DNA of 64,000 nt from a plasmid. The stretch lies in sequence record NZ_CP020429.2. One strand, written 5' to 3'. The position numbers and the translations under genes are program-made. Positions 45,584-55,409 of the stretch are shown here, one piece after another. Under the pieces are notes generated by a model, which was not told the origin of the DNA, made no database searches, and was given only the letters and a program-made list of their open reading frames with translations. Within the stretch, counting starts at the first letter, position 1; each line of letters opens with the position of its first letter.

Positions 45584-46381
45584 ATGAAAATAAAAATTGA
45601 ATCTGCTTGGAAATCCCTCTGTGATGCATTCCCCAAATTAAAGGATAATCCTCTTTACAAGGGGTGGTATATTAGCTATGCGATCCTTGTGACGTTATCT
45701 ATTTTAACGGTTGTTGTAGTGAACCATAGGATTGTCTATTCATTTCCGTTTGATTGGTTTGGTTTGCTTTTTGGAATTATCTTACCTTGGGTTCTTACGA
45801 CCTTTTATATCGTATATCAAGGTGTGGACCATGCCCACCAGTTTACATCGACTAAAATTGTTCTTGGGCTATTTATGTTACCTGTAATTCTGATTGGTTT
45901 TACCTCTAGTTATAAGAATGAATACAGTTATAGTAATCGTATGGTTACGACGGTTTTTGATCAGGAACTCACGCAACAAAGTTTCCACGCAACAAAGATT
46001 ACATCAAACCAGCTTGATTATTTTAAAGAAGATAATGTCATTTATCCTTATAAGAAAAATACAGCTTCAGAGATCTATGTGTTCTTTCGTCCTGATTGTC
46101 CTTACTGTCAAAAATCAATTCCAGTACTCAATAAGAGCTTAACTGAAAAAGAACGAAACAAGATTATCTATGTTAATGTTCTTGATGAAAGTGGCAAGGA
46201 TTTAGCTAAAGCTATGGGAGTAGAGAAAGCAGCAACAGCAGTTATCTATCATAAGGATAAGAACTCTGGTGGATGGTCTAAACGTATTGAACGAATGGCA
46301 GGTGGAAAACATGCTGCACCTCGTCTTGATGAGGATGCTATCCATGATATTGTGTCAGTTGCAAAGGAGGAAACAAAATAA
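45584..46381 (+). CDS. Membrane-anchored thioredoxin-fold protein with a CPYC motif.
   Basis: There are three N-terminal TM helices, then VFFRPDCPYCQKSIPVLNK, a thioredoxin CxxC. Confidence 0.5.
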   Translation: MKIKIESAWKSLCDAFPKLKDNPLYKGWYISYAILVTLSILTVVVVNHRIVYSFPFDWFGLLFGIILPWVLTTFYIVYQGVDHAHQFTSTKIVLGLFMLPVILIGFTSSYKNEYSYSNRMVTTVFDQELTQQSFHATKITSNQLDYFKEDNVIYPYKKNTASEIYVFFRPDCPYCQKSIPVLNKSLTEKERNKIIYVNVLDESGKDLAKAMGVEKAATAVIYHKDKNSGGWSKRIERMAGGKHAAPRLDEDAIHDIVSVAKEETK

Positions 46382-47013
46382 TGTATTTATCAAAAAAAGA
46401 TATTTCAGAATGGATAGCTAGCCTAAAAGCAGGTGACGAGGTTGCTGTCCAAATAACACGAATGGATGGTGTCATAGTTTCTAGTGAGCGTGGCTTCGTC
46501 GACAAGTGGTTAGGAAAGAGACTTATAGTTGTTAACGGAAAGCATTTTGTTCCTAGCACTGGTTTGAGACAAAGTAACACTTTTGTACCAGGTCAAAAGA
46601 CAATCGTGGAACAACTCTTTCCCTTGGATGCTTTGCTTTTAGATGAGGAAGAACTTGCCAAAAGAAACACCATTATTCAAAGGTTGAAAGAGTCTGCTGA
46701 ACGTCTAGAGCACGCGCAGACTTATTCTTCATTAGTCGTTTCTAGGGTGCTTCGTAAGCTATCAGTCCTAGACGTTGGTGATGTATATGATCTAAATGAA
46801 CTACGTTCCTCTAGTAACACAGAAGACTTAGAAGATAGTGCTTTATTGGATAGACGAAAACTCTCAGAGAAGAAACGTTGTCTAAAGACTCTGGATCGTA
46901 TGCTTACCAATTTAAGTCAAGATAATACCTTGGGTGCTTTTAAGTTAATCTCTCTTTTGGGAGGTGTAGCTTCTGAATTTACTGATGCTGAAAATGAGGT
47001 AAGTGAATGTTAG
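46381..47013 (+). CDS. Hypothetical 210-aa protein, translationally coupled to its neighbours.
   Basis: Its start overlaps the upstream stop (atgA at 46381), and the next gene overlaps its own end. Confidence 0.35.
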   Translation: MYLSKKDISEWIASLKAGDEVAVQITRMDGVIVSSERGFVDKWLGKRLIVVNGKHFVPSTGLRQSNTFVPGQKTIVEQLFPLDALLLDEEELAKRNTIIQRLKESAERLEHAQTYSSLVVSRVLRKLSVLDVGDVYDLNELRSSSNTEDLEDSALLDRRKLSEKKRCLKTLDRMLTNLSQDNTLGAFKLISLLGGVASEFTDAENEVSEC

Positions 47014-47699
47014 CCTATGTCATTATGTTTGTAGTTATGTTTACCATCAAGTGTGTTACTCTTACTTTTGTGAAGAATAAAGAGTCTACAGTTGTCAGTA
47101 CTTTTCTGAGTGGCACGAATCAGATTTTTCTTAATACGATTGTCTGGTTTCTACGACTAACAGCCATGTTCCAGTTTTATCTTTTGGTGGTAGACAATAA
47201 TCTAACTGTCATCCCTATAATTGTTGGTTTCATTCTACCTAATGTCTTGTTCTGGTTTAAGGGAATCAAAGCTTCTTTATCGGATTTGCTTGTACGTTGG
47301 TTAAAATCATTTATTGGTCATAAGTATAAAACATGCCCATTTTGTCATGAATCACATTTATTCTTTCGATACACAGAAGACCGCACAGCTGCTTATTACT
47401 ATCTCTTGACTGAAGATGATAGTCTTGTGGCCATTGGAGATTTTGATAATAGTGATCATCCTGCACGTTTCTTTTTAAGTAACGATGAATCACATTTTGA
47501 TGAGCTGGTTGACACCATGCTACCTTATATGTTGCCTGGAATGGAAGAGGTGGTCTATGTAGGTGGGCGACAACAGCGATTGGCTAGAGAATTGTATTGT
47601 GTCGATTGCCAGGAACGAGTCAGTGAAGATAGCGGGGTACAATTTGGTGAAGTGCTTTTAAGTGAGCATAGGCATGAAGATCATAAAGCCCTTGTTTAG
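47007..47699 (+). CDS. Membrane protein with a C-terminal zinc-ribbon-like domain.
   Basis: There are four N-terminal TM helices. The C-terminus has CPFCHESH ... CVDCQERV. Confidence 0.35.
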   Translation: MLAYVIMFVVMFTIKCVTLTFVKNKESTVVSTFLSGTNQIFLNTIVWFLRLTAMFQFYLLVVDNNLTVIPIIVGFILPNVLFWFKGIKASLSDLLVRWLKSFIGHKYKTCPFCHESHLFFRYTEDRTAAYYYLLTEDDSLVAIGDFDNSDHPARFFLSNDESHFDELVDTMLPYMLPGMEEVVYVGGRQQRLARELYCVDCQERVSEDSGVQFGEVLLSEHRHEDHKALV

Positions 47700-48438
47700 T
47701 TTGTAAGTGTTTTTAAAAGAAGATAGAGAGGTTTATTTTATGGATAGTAAATTAGTCGTTGACAAAATTGATATGTTAGTAACAGAAACCGAGCAAGGAC
47801 CACACAATCAAATTGAGGATACAAAAAAAGCCCCTGAGCATAGTCAGGAGCAAATAAAAAAAAGAGAGGACTTCTTTGTACATGGGGTTTTTACAGCCTG
47901 AAGCTGAAGGCAGTCCCACACCCGTACCAGAAACTGATACCTTTGAACGCTCTGTTACCAGTCGTCCTACGATATCCTCTCGCTATATAAACATTAGCAT
48001 AAAAGGTGGCTTAAAGTCAAGAAAAACACCCAAATACCGGTCTGTTAGTGAAAGTGATTTGAGCAAAATTAATAGGTATGGTAGAGAGGTTCAAGGAAAG
48101 TAAGTTTATGCACCTAACTGGGCTTGAACCAATTGGTAAGAATGGTAGAAGTATAAAACCTACTAAATTCCTGCATGATTTTGCTAATGGTGGTGAACTT
48201 GCTTATGACGATATTCTAATTGATAAATTCCTTTTTGTGTTTACACAACTTATTTTACACTACCACAAAATATAAAGATATTTATGTTTTTTATTGATAA
48301 AGAATTAGTCTTTTAGTATAATAGTATTAGATAATGATTATTTGTTCCATGAGTCTCCCTCATTAGGGATTAATGGAAACGCTGTGAAATTTCAACATAG
48401 CGTGAAGCGTAGGAAATTCTCCTACGCTTTTTTTGTAT

Positions 48439-49523
48439 CTTGAATTGTCAAATTAAGTGCATACTTTCCCCGTAGAATATTTCATAAGGTGTTTTCCAGT
48501 TAAGACATTTTCGTGGCCTATTATTAAGTTTGTTCTCCCACAGCTGAATAGTCTGATTATCAACCAATGTTAGATCACTCCCTTTTGGAAAATATTCTCT
48601 AAGTAATCCATTCGTGTTCTCATTGGTTCCTCGTTGCCATGGAGCATGAGGGTCAGGAAAATAGACTTCAATGTTCAATTGATCGCTCAATTTCTGATGA
48701 TACGTGAATTCTTTCCCTCTATCAGGAGTTACTGTATGCTTGGTCAAGGGTTCTAACATTTTTACCATAGCTTCTATTACCAACTTGCTTTTTTTGACAG
48801 CTACCTTCCGGATTTTTAGAAAACGAGAATATCGGTCAGTTAGAGTCACTAAACAAGCTTTTCCAGTTTTACCTGCAACAGTATCAGCTTCCCAATCTCC
48901 TATTCTAGTTCGGTTATTAGCATTCTCTGGTCTTTCGTGAATTGTATGAGATATAGAGATTTTCCCTCTATTTTCGACATAACCTTTTGTATGACGTGTT
49001 TTACCACGATGACGGAGCTTTCGAATGACACCACGAGCACCATGAGATAGTGAGTTATCATCAAAATGCCCTCTGTAAATGGCTCTATAGATTGTTTGAT
49101 AACTAATAATAGTTCTTCCATACTCTAATCGCAACCGACCTTCTATTTCTTCGGGAGACCATTGGTAATCGAGAAATAGATGTTTGACGGTATTGCTTAA
49201 ATTGTGATCTATTTCAAGCATACGTTTCCGCCCACAGTGTGATTTAGCCATATGGTAAGATTCCTGTGCATGACTTGGAGAATAGCTTCCTTCTTTTAGA
49301 TGTCGTTTCCACTCACGACTAATACTAGACGGATGACGATGAAGTAATTTAGCAATTTGAGAAAAATTTAGGCCTTGCGTACGGTAAACGAGAATACTTT
49401 CACGCTCGTCTATGGTAAAATGATGGTAGCTCATAAGATTTCCTTTCGTAACTAGTTCGTTCAATTCTATTTTACTAGAAAATCTTATGAGTTTTTATTG
49501 TGCACTTATATTGTATATTCAAG
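48439..49523 (-). mobile_element. Intact IS30-family insertion sequence.
   Basis: The transposase ORF 48448..49464 ends in HAPWQRGTNENTNGLLREYFPKGSDL, an IS30 DDE signature. Imperfect terminal inverted repeats are cttgaattgtcaaattaagtgca at about 48440 and its reverse complement tgcacttatattgtatattcaag at about 49500. Confidence 0.85.
48448..49464 (-). CDS. IS30-family transposase, 338 aa.
   Basis: An N-terminal HTH and a DDE domain with the HAPWQRGTNENTNG motif. Confidence 0.9.
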   Translation of the reverse strand: MNELVTKGNLMSYHHFTIDERESILVYRTQGLNFSQIAKLLHRHPSSISREWKRHLKEGSYSPSHAQESYHMAKSHCGRKRMLEIDHNLSNTVKHLFLDYQWSPEEIEGRLRLEYGRTIISYQTIYRAIYRGHFDDNSLSHGARGVIRKLRHRGKTRHTKGYVENRGKISISHTIHERPENANNRTRIGDWEADTVAGKTGKACLVTLTDRYSRFLKIRKVAVKKSKLVIEAMVKMLEPLTKHTVTPDRGKEFTYHQKLSDQLNIEVYFPDPHAPWQRGTNENTNGLLREYFPKGSDLTLVDNQTIQLWENKLNNRPRKCLNWKTPYEIFYGESMHLI

Positions 49524-49595
49524 GTGTAAAATTGAGCTGTTTGGTCTGCGTGTCTGAATTAGTAAGTGAGAGCTGCTAAAATCGTCTAGCTATCC

Positions 49596-49692
49596 CTTAA
49601 GGCCCCATTCATACAACAAGTGATGGGTAGAATAGCCTGTCACTTTTTTTCAGCACGCGCGTGAGTAGGACATCGTGTAACTTTTAAACACA
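49596..49692. repeat. About 97-bp element, the left copy of a direct repeat whose right copy lies at 61676..61772.
   Basis: The sequence ttcatacaacaagtgatgggtagaatagcct[g/a]tcactttttttcagcacgcgcgtgagtaggacatc[g/a]tgtaacttttaaacacaaaaaac is identical at the two sites except at 2-3 positions. The left copy is followed at 49697-49735 by a terminator hairpin ctctaagcaggcagagcctgcttagag. Confidence 0.8.
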
Positions 49693-49973
49693 AAAAACTC
49701 TAAGCAGGCAGAGCCTGCTTAGAGTTTTTGTTGCACTATGTTTTACAATTTATCTCTTAAAATAAACTTTGTTCATAATGGTTACCTCCTACACTTTTCA
49801 ATATAAGTATTGAAGAAAATGAATAAGACCAATCAATCGTTACCACTTCAATTTTATGCTCCTTGATTGTCTTAATGTAATAAATATCTTCAAGAGCAAA
49901 CTGATAAACTCTAGAATTTGTCTTAAGTGATAGAAAGTTCATTTGATCTCCCTTGAAAACAAGTGATTATTTG

Positions 49974-50939
49974 TTAACTGATATACTTTTTATCAATTTT
50001 CTTAAGTAGTCCATAGACTATCAGCAACATAATACCTCCAATAATTGTCAAATAATCTTTCTTATCTCCCGTTTTAGGAAGATTATTTGACTGCGCAACT
50101 ATTGCCGTACCAATAGATTTTTCATTTGAAGATGTAGGCGTTATTGATAAAGTAGTATAGCTAACACCTGTATTTTTGTTAGTAGCTTCGGTTTTTTCTC
50201 CAACGCTAGGGAGTTGCTTTTCTTGTTCGCTGTTGCCTACGTTACTCTCAGTAAAAGCTACCTCACTACTTTTTTTATCTAGATCTTTAAACATATAGCG
50301 ATAAATATCATCGGCTCCGCCGCCGCCAACCCAGCCAGAGATAGCTTGTCCATTTTCAAGACGAATAAGAGTTGGTGTTCCAGGGATACCCACAGTACCG
50401 AAAAGAAAATCACTTGCATTCTTATCAAAATCTTCACCATCTGTATTGTAGTATTCAACTGGTGTTAATTGATTTAATTTTTTCAACTCTGGTGAAAATT
50501 GGCGACAGTAATAACAAGTTGGACGCCCAACATAAAGAAGATGTTTATTCTCATCAGGGGTAAACATTTGATATACATCATTGATAGAAACTTTAGTTAA
50601 GTTCTCTACATTTTCTTGATACTGCTCTTGTGTAACTTCTGGAGCAGCTTCAGCTTCTATATCGGACGCTTCTTCAGCAACAGGTGTTTCCATATTAGTA
50701 CTTGTGGCCTCTTCAGAAACGACTGCGGGTACTTGTGTAAAACTATCTGTGGATTCAGTAATTTCTGGTATTTCATCAACGGTTGAATTATTTTGACCAA
50801 CCGTATCCTCAGTTATAATCGCTGTTTTTTGATCTATAGAACTGGTTTCATCTGCTAAAACATTTGGAAAGTTAGCTATAAATAAGATACTTGTTAACAC
50901 TGTTATCTGTTTTAGTTGCTTTTTGATCATAGTTATCAT
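49974..50939 (-). CDS. Signal-peptide, LPXTG-anchored surface thioredoxin-fold thiol-disulfide oxidoreductase, BlpG-like.
   Basis: It has a signal peptide, the CxxC motif [13 protein letters not shown], and a C-terminal LPKTG followed by a hydrophobic KKIDKK tail. Confidence 0.65.
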   Translation of the reverse strand: MITMIKKQLKQITVLTSILFIANFPNVLADETSSIDQKTAIITEDTVGQNNSTVDEIPEITESTDSFTQVPAVVSEEATSTNMETPVAEEASDIEAEAAPEVTQEQYQENVENLTKVSINDVYQMFTPDENKHLLYVGRPTCYYCRQFSPELKKLNQLTPVEYYNTDGEDFDKNASDFLFGTVGIPGTPTLIRLENGQAISGWVGGGGADDIYRYMFKDLDKKSSEVAFTESNVGNSEQEKQLPSVGEKTEATNKNTGVSYTTLSITPTSSNEKSIGTAIVAQSNNLPKTGDKKDYLTIIGGIMLLIVYGLLKKIDKKYIS

Positions 50940-51099
50940 CCTTTCACTTTTTAAGTTTCCTGTCTTAAGACTATATCATAAAAGAAACTCTCTTTTTTCT
51001 TCTTTTCCTAAAAGGTATAGTTTTTTGCCCAAAAGGTGCTTTTTGGGCAAAAAAAACAAAGATTAATCATAAATGGGGCAGAACACAACCTCATCAGTT

Positions 51100-51480
51100 A
51101 GAATTCTTTGCTAAGGGAAGATACTACAAATATAGATACTCTAACTGTCGACCTTTTCTCATTAATGCGTCTCAATCTTGTACATAAATGTTTCTAAGCG
51201 AGAAGGTATTACCTAAAGAAGGATTTATCGTTCATACTACCAAAGCTCTCAATAAATATACTAGAGTATGATTTCGAGAATTATCTAGAAAGAAAATAAG
51301 ACATCAAAAGAGAGCTTGTCAATGATGCTCATTTCACAACCATTGAACAAGCTCAGCTTGAAACTTTTAATATAATAAGACTTACTATAGTCTCAAACGT
51401 TTGCATTTCGCTTTATGACACTAACCAGCCTTACTATCCCATTAGTTTAAGTTATTGTCAACTAATTCATAATATTGGAA
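51100..51480 (+). pseudogene. Degraded IS3-family transposase C-terminal remnant.
   Basis: The translation KRELVNDAHFTTIEQAQLETFNIIRL resembles the IS3 OrfB C-terminus. There is no intact ORF. Confidence 0.3.
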
Positions 51481-51535
51481 TAAAATAAAGTTCGCACTCA
51501 ACAAATGGAGAATAGCTCTTTTATCTAAAATAAAC

Positions 51536-51835
51536 TCACAACCATTGTCCAATACTCATCAAACCGATTCCAAGTCCTTTATTTTTATATTCATGACTAG
51601 TAATTGTCATATAGAGGAGCTTTACACTATCTGATAACTTTTGATTAATTGCCAAAGGACGAAGTGAAGATTCCAAATCAGCTACAATTCGTGGAAAATA
51701 AGAACTCTTTTTTTCTAAATCACTTTTAGCTTTTTGTAAAATCACCCTTTCAGACTGAGACAATTTAGAATCAAGACAATCATCAAGCAATTTTGTCAAT
51801 TTAACTTCTTTTTTATTACTATGTGTGCTTATCAT
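51536..51835 (-). CDS. Putative bacteriocin immunity protein, EntA-immunity-like and 99 aa.
   Basis: The ORF lies 38 bp downstream of the bacteriocin gene, is helical, and has a size typical of class IIa immunity proteins. Confidence 0.45.
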   Translation of the reverse strand: MISTHSNKKEVKLTKLLDDCLDSKLSQSERVILQKAKSDLEKKSSYFPRIVADLESSLRPLAINQKLSDSVKLLYMTITSHEYKNKGLGIGLMSIGQWL

Positions 51836-51873
51836 CTGCTTATGGTCCCCTTATGTAAGTGATCAACCTTTAA

Positions 51874-52095
51874 TTATGGACGAGGAATCCATGGTCCATA
51901 CCTCATCCAGCCATTAACAACTGTGTTAACAGTTGCTTGAACATTTCCAGTGGTAACGACATAACGCCATTGATGAGTCCTAGTATCTAGACAACCATAG
52001 CCATTTGCTCCATATAAAACAGGTCTACAAACGCCACCCTCAACAGTAGCTAATACGTCAGTGTTTAGACTTTTAAAGTCTTTAATAGTATTCAT
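51874..52095 (-). CDS. Class II bacteriocin precursor with a double-glycine leader.
   Basis: The leader MNTIKDFKSLNTDVLATVEGG is followed by the mature peptide VCRPVLYGANGYGCLDTRTHQWRYVVTTGNVQATVNTVVNGWMRYGPWIPRP, which has two Cys. Confidence 0.75.
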   Translation of the reverse strand: MNTIKDFKSLNTDVLATVEGGVCRPVLYGANGYGCLDTRTHQWRYVVTTGNVQATVNTVVNGWMRYGPWIPRP

Positions 52096-52896
52096 TACTA
52101 TTGTCTCCTTTTTTTATTTTTATCTTAAGCTATTTCTTAAGATGGGATAAGTATAGCACAGGCTTTCTATTATTTTACGTTTTTGCCTAAAATGTTATAA
52201 TTAGGTCTTGATTGACACTTTTTATTTCAACACTAAACTGGAAGCTACCAATAAACTTATCAAGGACATCAAACAGTAGGTTTTCGGATTTCGTAACTTC
52301 AAAAACTTTAAAATTAAGATTCTCATCACTTTGAACACATAAAGAGAGAACGAATCTCGTTCTCTCTTACATAGTTTTTATCAACCCACTATAGTTAATA
52401 ATAACCATCGTAATGTTACAGTTATACTCATCTTGTACTAAATATCAAAACTATAGAATCTTAAATAAGAACAGAGATATTATATACTGTAATTACAATA
52501 ATATTAAGTATTTATATCTGATTTCTTATTATACATTTTGTTCCATTGCTGTCATCATAGTCAATATCTCCTTTTCATTTTAGTTTGTCTCGTTGCAACT
52601 CTGGCATACTCAATATGTCACAAAAACGTTTACACTGAAGTGTCTTTACCTATGTGGTCATGAACATGCCCTAAAAATATTAGGTTAACCATTCATGTGT
52701 AAATACTAATACTTTCTGTTCGATCTCTTTATGTGAACCTTACAGAGGAAGGAGAAGAATACTTTATTATTTTGACTCGCTAATAAAATAAAAAAGCAAT
52801 GACAGACTTTAAAATTACAGAAGTCCATCACTGCTCATTGTTTCTGATTATCATATAATATTCATCGTAAAGTACGATTATACTCTAGAGTATGAA

Positions 52897-53067
52897 TTAG
52901 TTTCTATTTTTACTAAATACTCTAAAAGCAATTATGACAAATCCAAATAGCCCAATTATATTTAAAGTTTTCAAGAAAATGGTCTGGTCTTTAAATATAT
53001 TGATACAACCTAGTATTATAAAAAATATAAGAAGTATATTTTTTATAAAAACACTTAATATTTTCAT
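52897..53067 (-). CDS. Unannotated 56-aa hydrophobic peptide. A putative immunity protein for the Gly-rich bacteriocin.
   Basis: The reverse-complement translation is MKILSVFIKNILLIFFIILGCINIFKDQTIFLKTLNIIGLFGFVIIAFRVFSKNRN*. The gene starts 12 bp downstream of the bacteriocin stop. It is absent from the track because it is shorter than 60 aa. Confidence 0.45.
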   Translation of the reverse strand: MKILSVFIKNILLIFFIILGCINIFKDQTIFLKTLNIIGLFGFVIIAFRVFSKNRN

Positions 53068-53079
53068 TAGTTGAAAAAT

Positions 53080-53307
53080 TTAACAAAAAGTTGCGATACC
53101 AACTGCGCCGCCAGACCATCCGCCAATTGCACCGCCAGATATAGTTCCAACAATAGGAAAAGTAAAGGTACCAGCCCCAGATCCAGTTAAGAATCCTAAA
53201 CCAGCGGAACCAGCCGTTCCTAGGGCGCATCTTACCCATCCACCACCTTCAACAGAAGAAAGCTTAATATCATCCATAACTTCAAATTGATTTAACACTG
53301 CATTCAT
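53080..53307 (-). CDS. Gly-rich class IIb-like bacteriocin precursor with a double-glycine leader.
   Basis: The leader MNAVLNQFEVMDDIKLSSVEGG is followed by GWVRCALGTAGSAGLGFLTGSGAGTFTFPIVGTISGGAIGGWSGGAVGIATFC, which has GxxxG motifs. The RBS is ggaggt. Confidence 0.75.
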   Translation of the reverse strand: MNAVLNQFEVMDDIKLSSVEGGGWVRCALGTAGSAGLGFLTGSGAGTFTFPIVGTISGGAIGGWSGGAVGIATFC

Positions 53308-53689
53308 AACGAATACCTCCTAAATAAAATTGCTTTATCTCGAGACATTTATAGTATATCGTAAAAACGTTTACATTCTATGATAATTCCTGAAATGATA
53401 TCAATAAAGCCTAAAATGTATGATACTCCTATATCAACAGAGATATTATATACTGTAATTACAATAATATTAAGTATTTATATCTGATTTCTTATTATAC
53501 ATTCTGTATCTATCATTTCCCGTTATACTTGTACATTTTCTAATTTTTCTACTTTAAAATTTATAACAGTACGTCTCTGTCTGGAATTCTGTCAATATTT
53601 TGGACACATTTTGGGAGGAAAGTTTGAAGGCTAGCGCTCTTCTACGAGATCATAAAATGAATTTTATAAGCTCGTAGAAGGAGTGCTAT

Positions 53690-54840
53690 TAACTAAGCAT
53701 TTTGTTTTTCAAATTCATTCGGACAAATATAGTTCAGTTTGCTGTGACGTCTCCTCGAATTATAAAAACCTTCAATATACTTAAAAATACTATTGTAACA
53801 GGTCTGAAAATCTTTATAACCAACATTAGTTTTGGCGTAAATACACTCCTTTTTAATCGTAGCGTGAAACGACTCTATACAACTATTGTCATATGGGCAT
53901 CCCTTGGCACTATAGGAGTGTCGAATACTGTGGTGTTCAAGATAATCATTGTATTCCTTACTTGTATATTGACTCCCTCTATCTGAGTGAAGGATAAGCC
54001 CATCTGCTACAGTTCGCGTACTTAAGGAATCTTGTAGTGTTTCTATAACGAGTCGTGTTTCCATCTGTCTGGAAAGTCTCCAAGCAATAATTTTTCGAGA
54101 ATGAAGATCTAAAATACTTGATAAATAACATCAGCCATCCGAAAGTGTGTAAATATATGTCATATCAGTTACCCACTTTTGATTGATTTTATCTGTTGAA
54201 AAATCACGTTTTAACAAATTGGGGTATTCTTTTGCTTCTTGTTTTGACAATGAAGCAGGTCGGTATTTCTTTCTAACGATCGAACGAATATTTAATTCAG
54301 TCATCAGTTTTTGTACTCTCTTTTCGGAAATCTGGTATCCCTTTTCCAATAAATCTTTATGGATCTTTGGAGCACCATATCGCTTAGAAGAAGCAAGATA
54401 AGAGATCATAATCTCCTTTTTAAGAAGTTTATTTTCTTGATCTCGTTGGCTTGGTTGGTGGTTTTAAAGGCGTAGTAGCTAAACCGTGAAACTTGGAATA
54501 AGCGACACATCACCTTGATAGAAAACTGATGACTAGCATAAAGATGATCAATCATTTGGAAGATAGTAGAATCTTTTATTTCTTCGCAAAGAACTTCAAG
54601 GCTTTTTTAAGATTTCATTTTCCTCCTTCATTTTAGCCATCTCTTTGCGCATTTGTTGGAGTTCATGAAGGGATACATTTTGATTTTTAGATTTCCCGTA
54701 TAGCTGAAGTCATTTGTATATAGTTTAGTTGGCAACTCCGTACTCTTTGACTAGATCTGAAATAGGCTGTCCTGCTTCATGCAATTGAACAATTGTTTCC
54801 TTGAACTCTTTGGTATATTTTTGGCTCATTTGGACATCTC
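53690..54840 (-). pseudogene. Degraded IS3-family (IS150/IS861-like) element. OrfB is split and OrfA is interrupted.
   Basis: ORF 53693..54064 has HSDRGSQYTS...NSRRRHSKLNY, the DDE core. ORF 54131..54409 is the OrfB N-terminus. The OrfA-like segment MSQKYTKEFKETIVQLHEAGQPISDLVKEYGVAN.. at 54836 downwards contains in-frame stops. Confidence 0.7.
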
Positions 54841-55244
54841 CTTTGGTTAGATACTAGTCTACCAAAACGTGTCCATAAAATCATACTAACATCAATACTT
54901 TATGGTTTTAGATGTAAATGAAGAAAAGATGATATCATGGAGGTATCTTTGCGCGAACATGATAAAAAGCTTGCAATAAAGTTAGAATAAAATTAGTTAA
55001 GGAACAAAAATCGACATTTCAATTAATAATTCATTAAAATAAGATTATTGTGGTATAATTGAATAAAAAGCTCATATATAGTGAGAGGTTGTATTATTAT
55101 GATGATTAGAATTTGTAATAAAGTTTTATCGTGAATAAAGGGTATTTTTAGGTGATAACAGAATAATGGTATTTCCTAAAAAATTATTTCATATTGATCA
55201 TTTATGATATTTACAATAAAATGATTGGGAGAGAGGAAAATCTT

Positions 55245-55406
55245 ATGTTAAATGGAAACCATCGTAAAGCAGAAGAAAAGCACTTTGAAGTATTAAAGAA
55301 TGAAGAATTAGCCACTGTTCAAGGTGGAGGAATGTCGATTTTCAATGATATCAATCATTTCTTTTGTGATTTGACTAATTGTAGGGGAAAAGGGAGAATA
55401 GGATAG
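55245..55406 (+). CDS. Double-glycine-leader peptide pheromone (BlpC/ComC-like) precursor.
   Basis: The RBS is ggagagagg. The sequence MLNGNHRKAEEKHFEVLKNEELATVQGG|GMSIFNDINHFFCDLTNCRGKGRIG lies directly upstream of the kinase and regulator genes. Confidence 0.7.
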   Translation: MLNGNHRKAEEKHFEVLKNEELATVQGGGMSIFNDINHFFCDLTNCRGKGRIG

Positions 55407-55409
55407 TAA

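Noticed and set aside
52991-53239. 82-aa minus-strand ORF overlapping the Gly-rich bacteriocin gene (MGKMRPRNGWFRW...).
   Set aside because: It is an alternative frame of the Gly-rich coding sequence and is W/R-rich. The in-frame GG-leader bacteriocin at 53080..53307 is the real gene.
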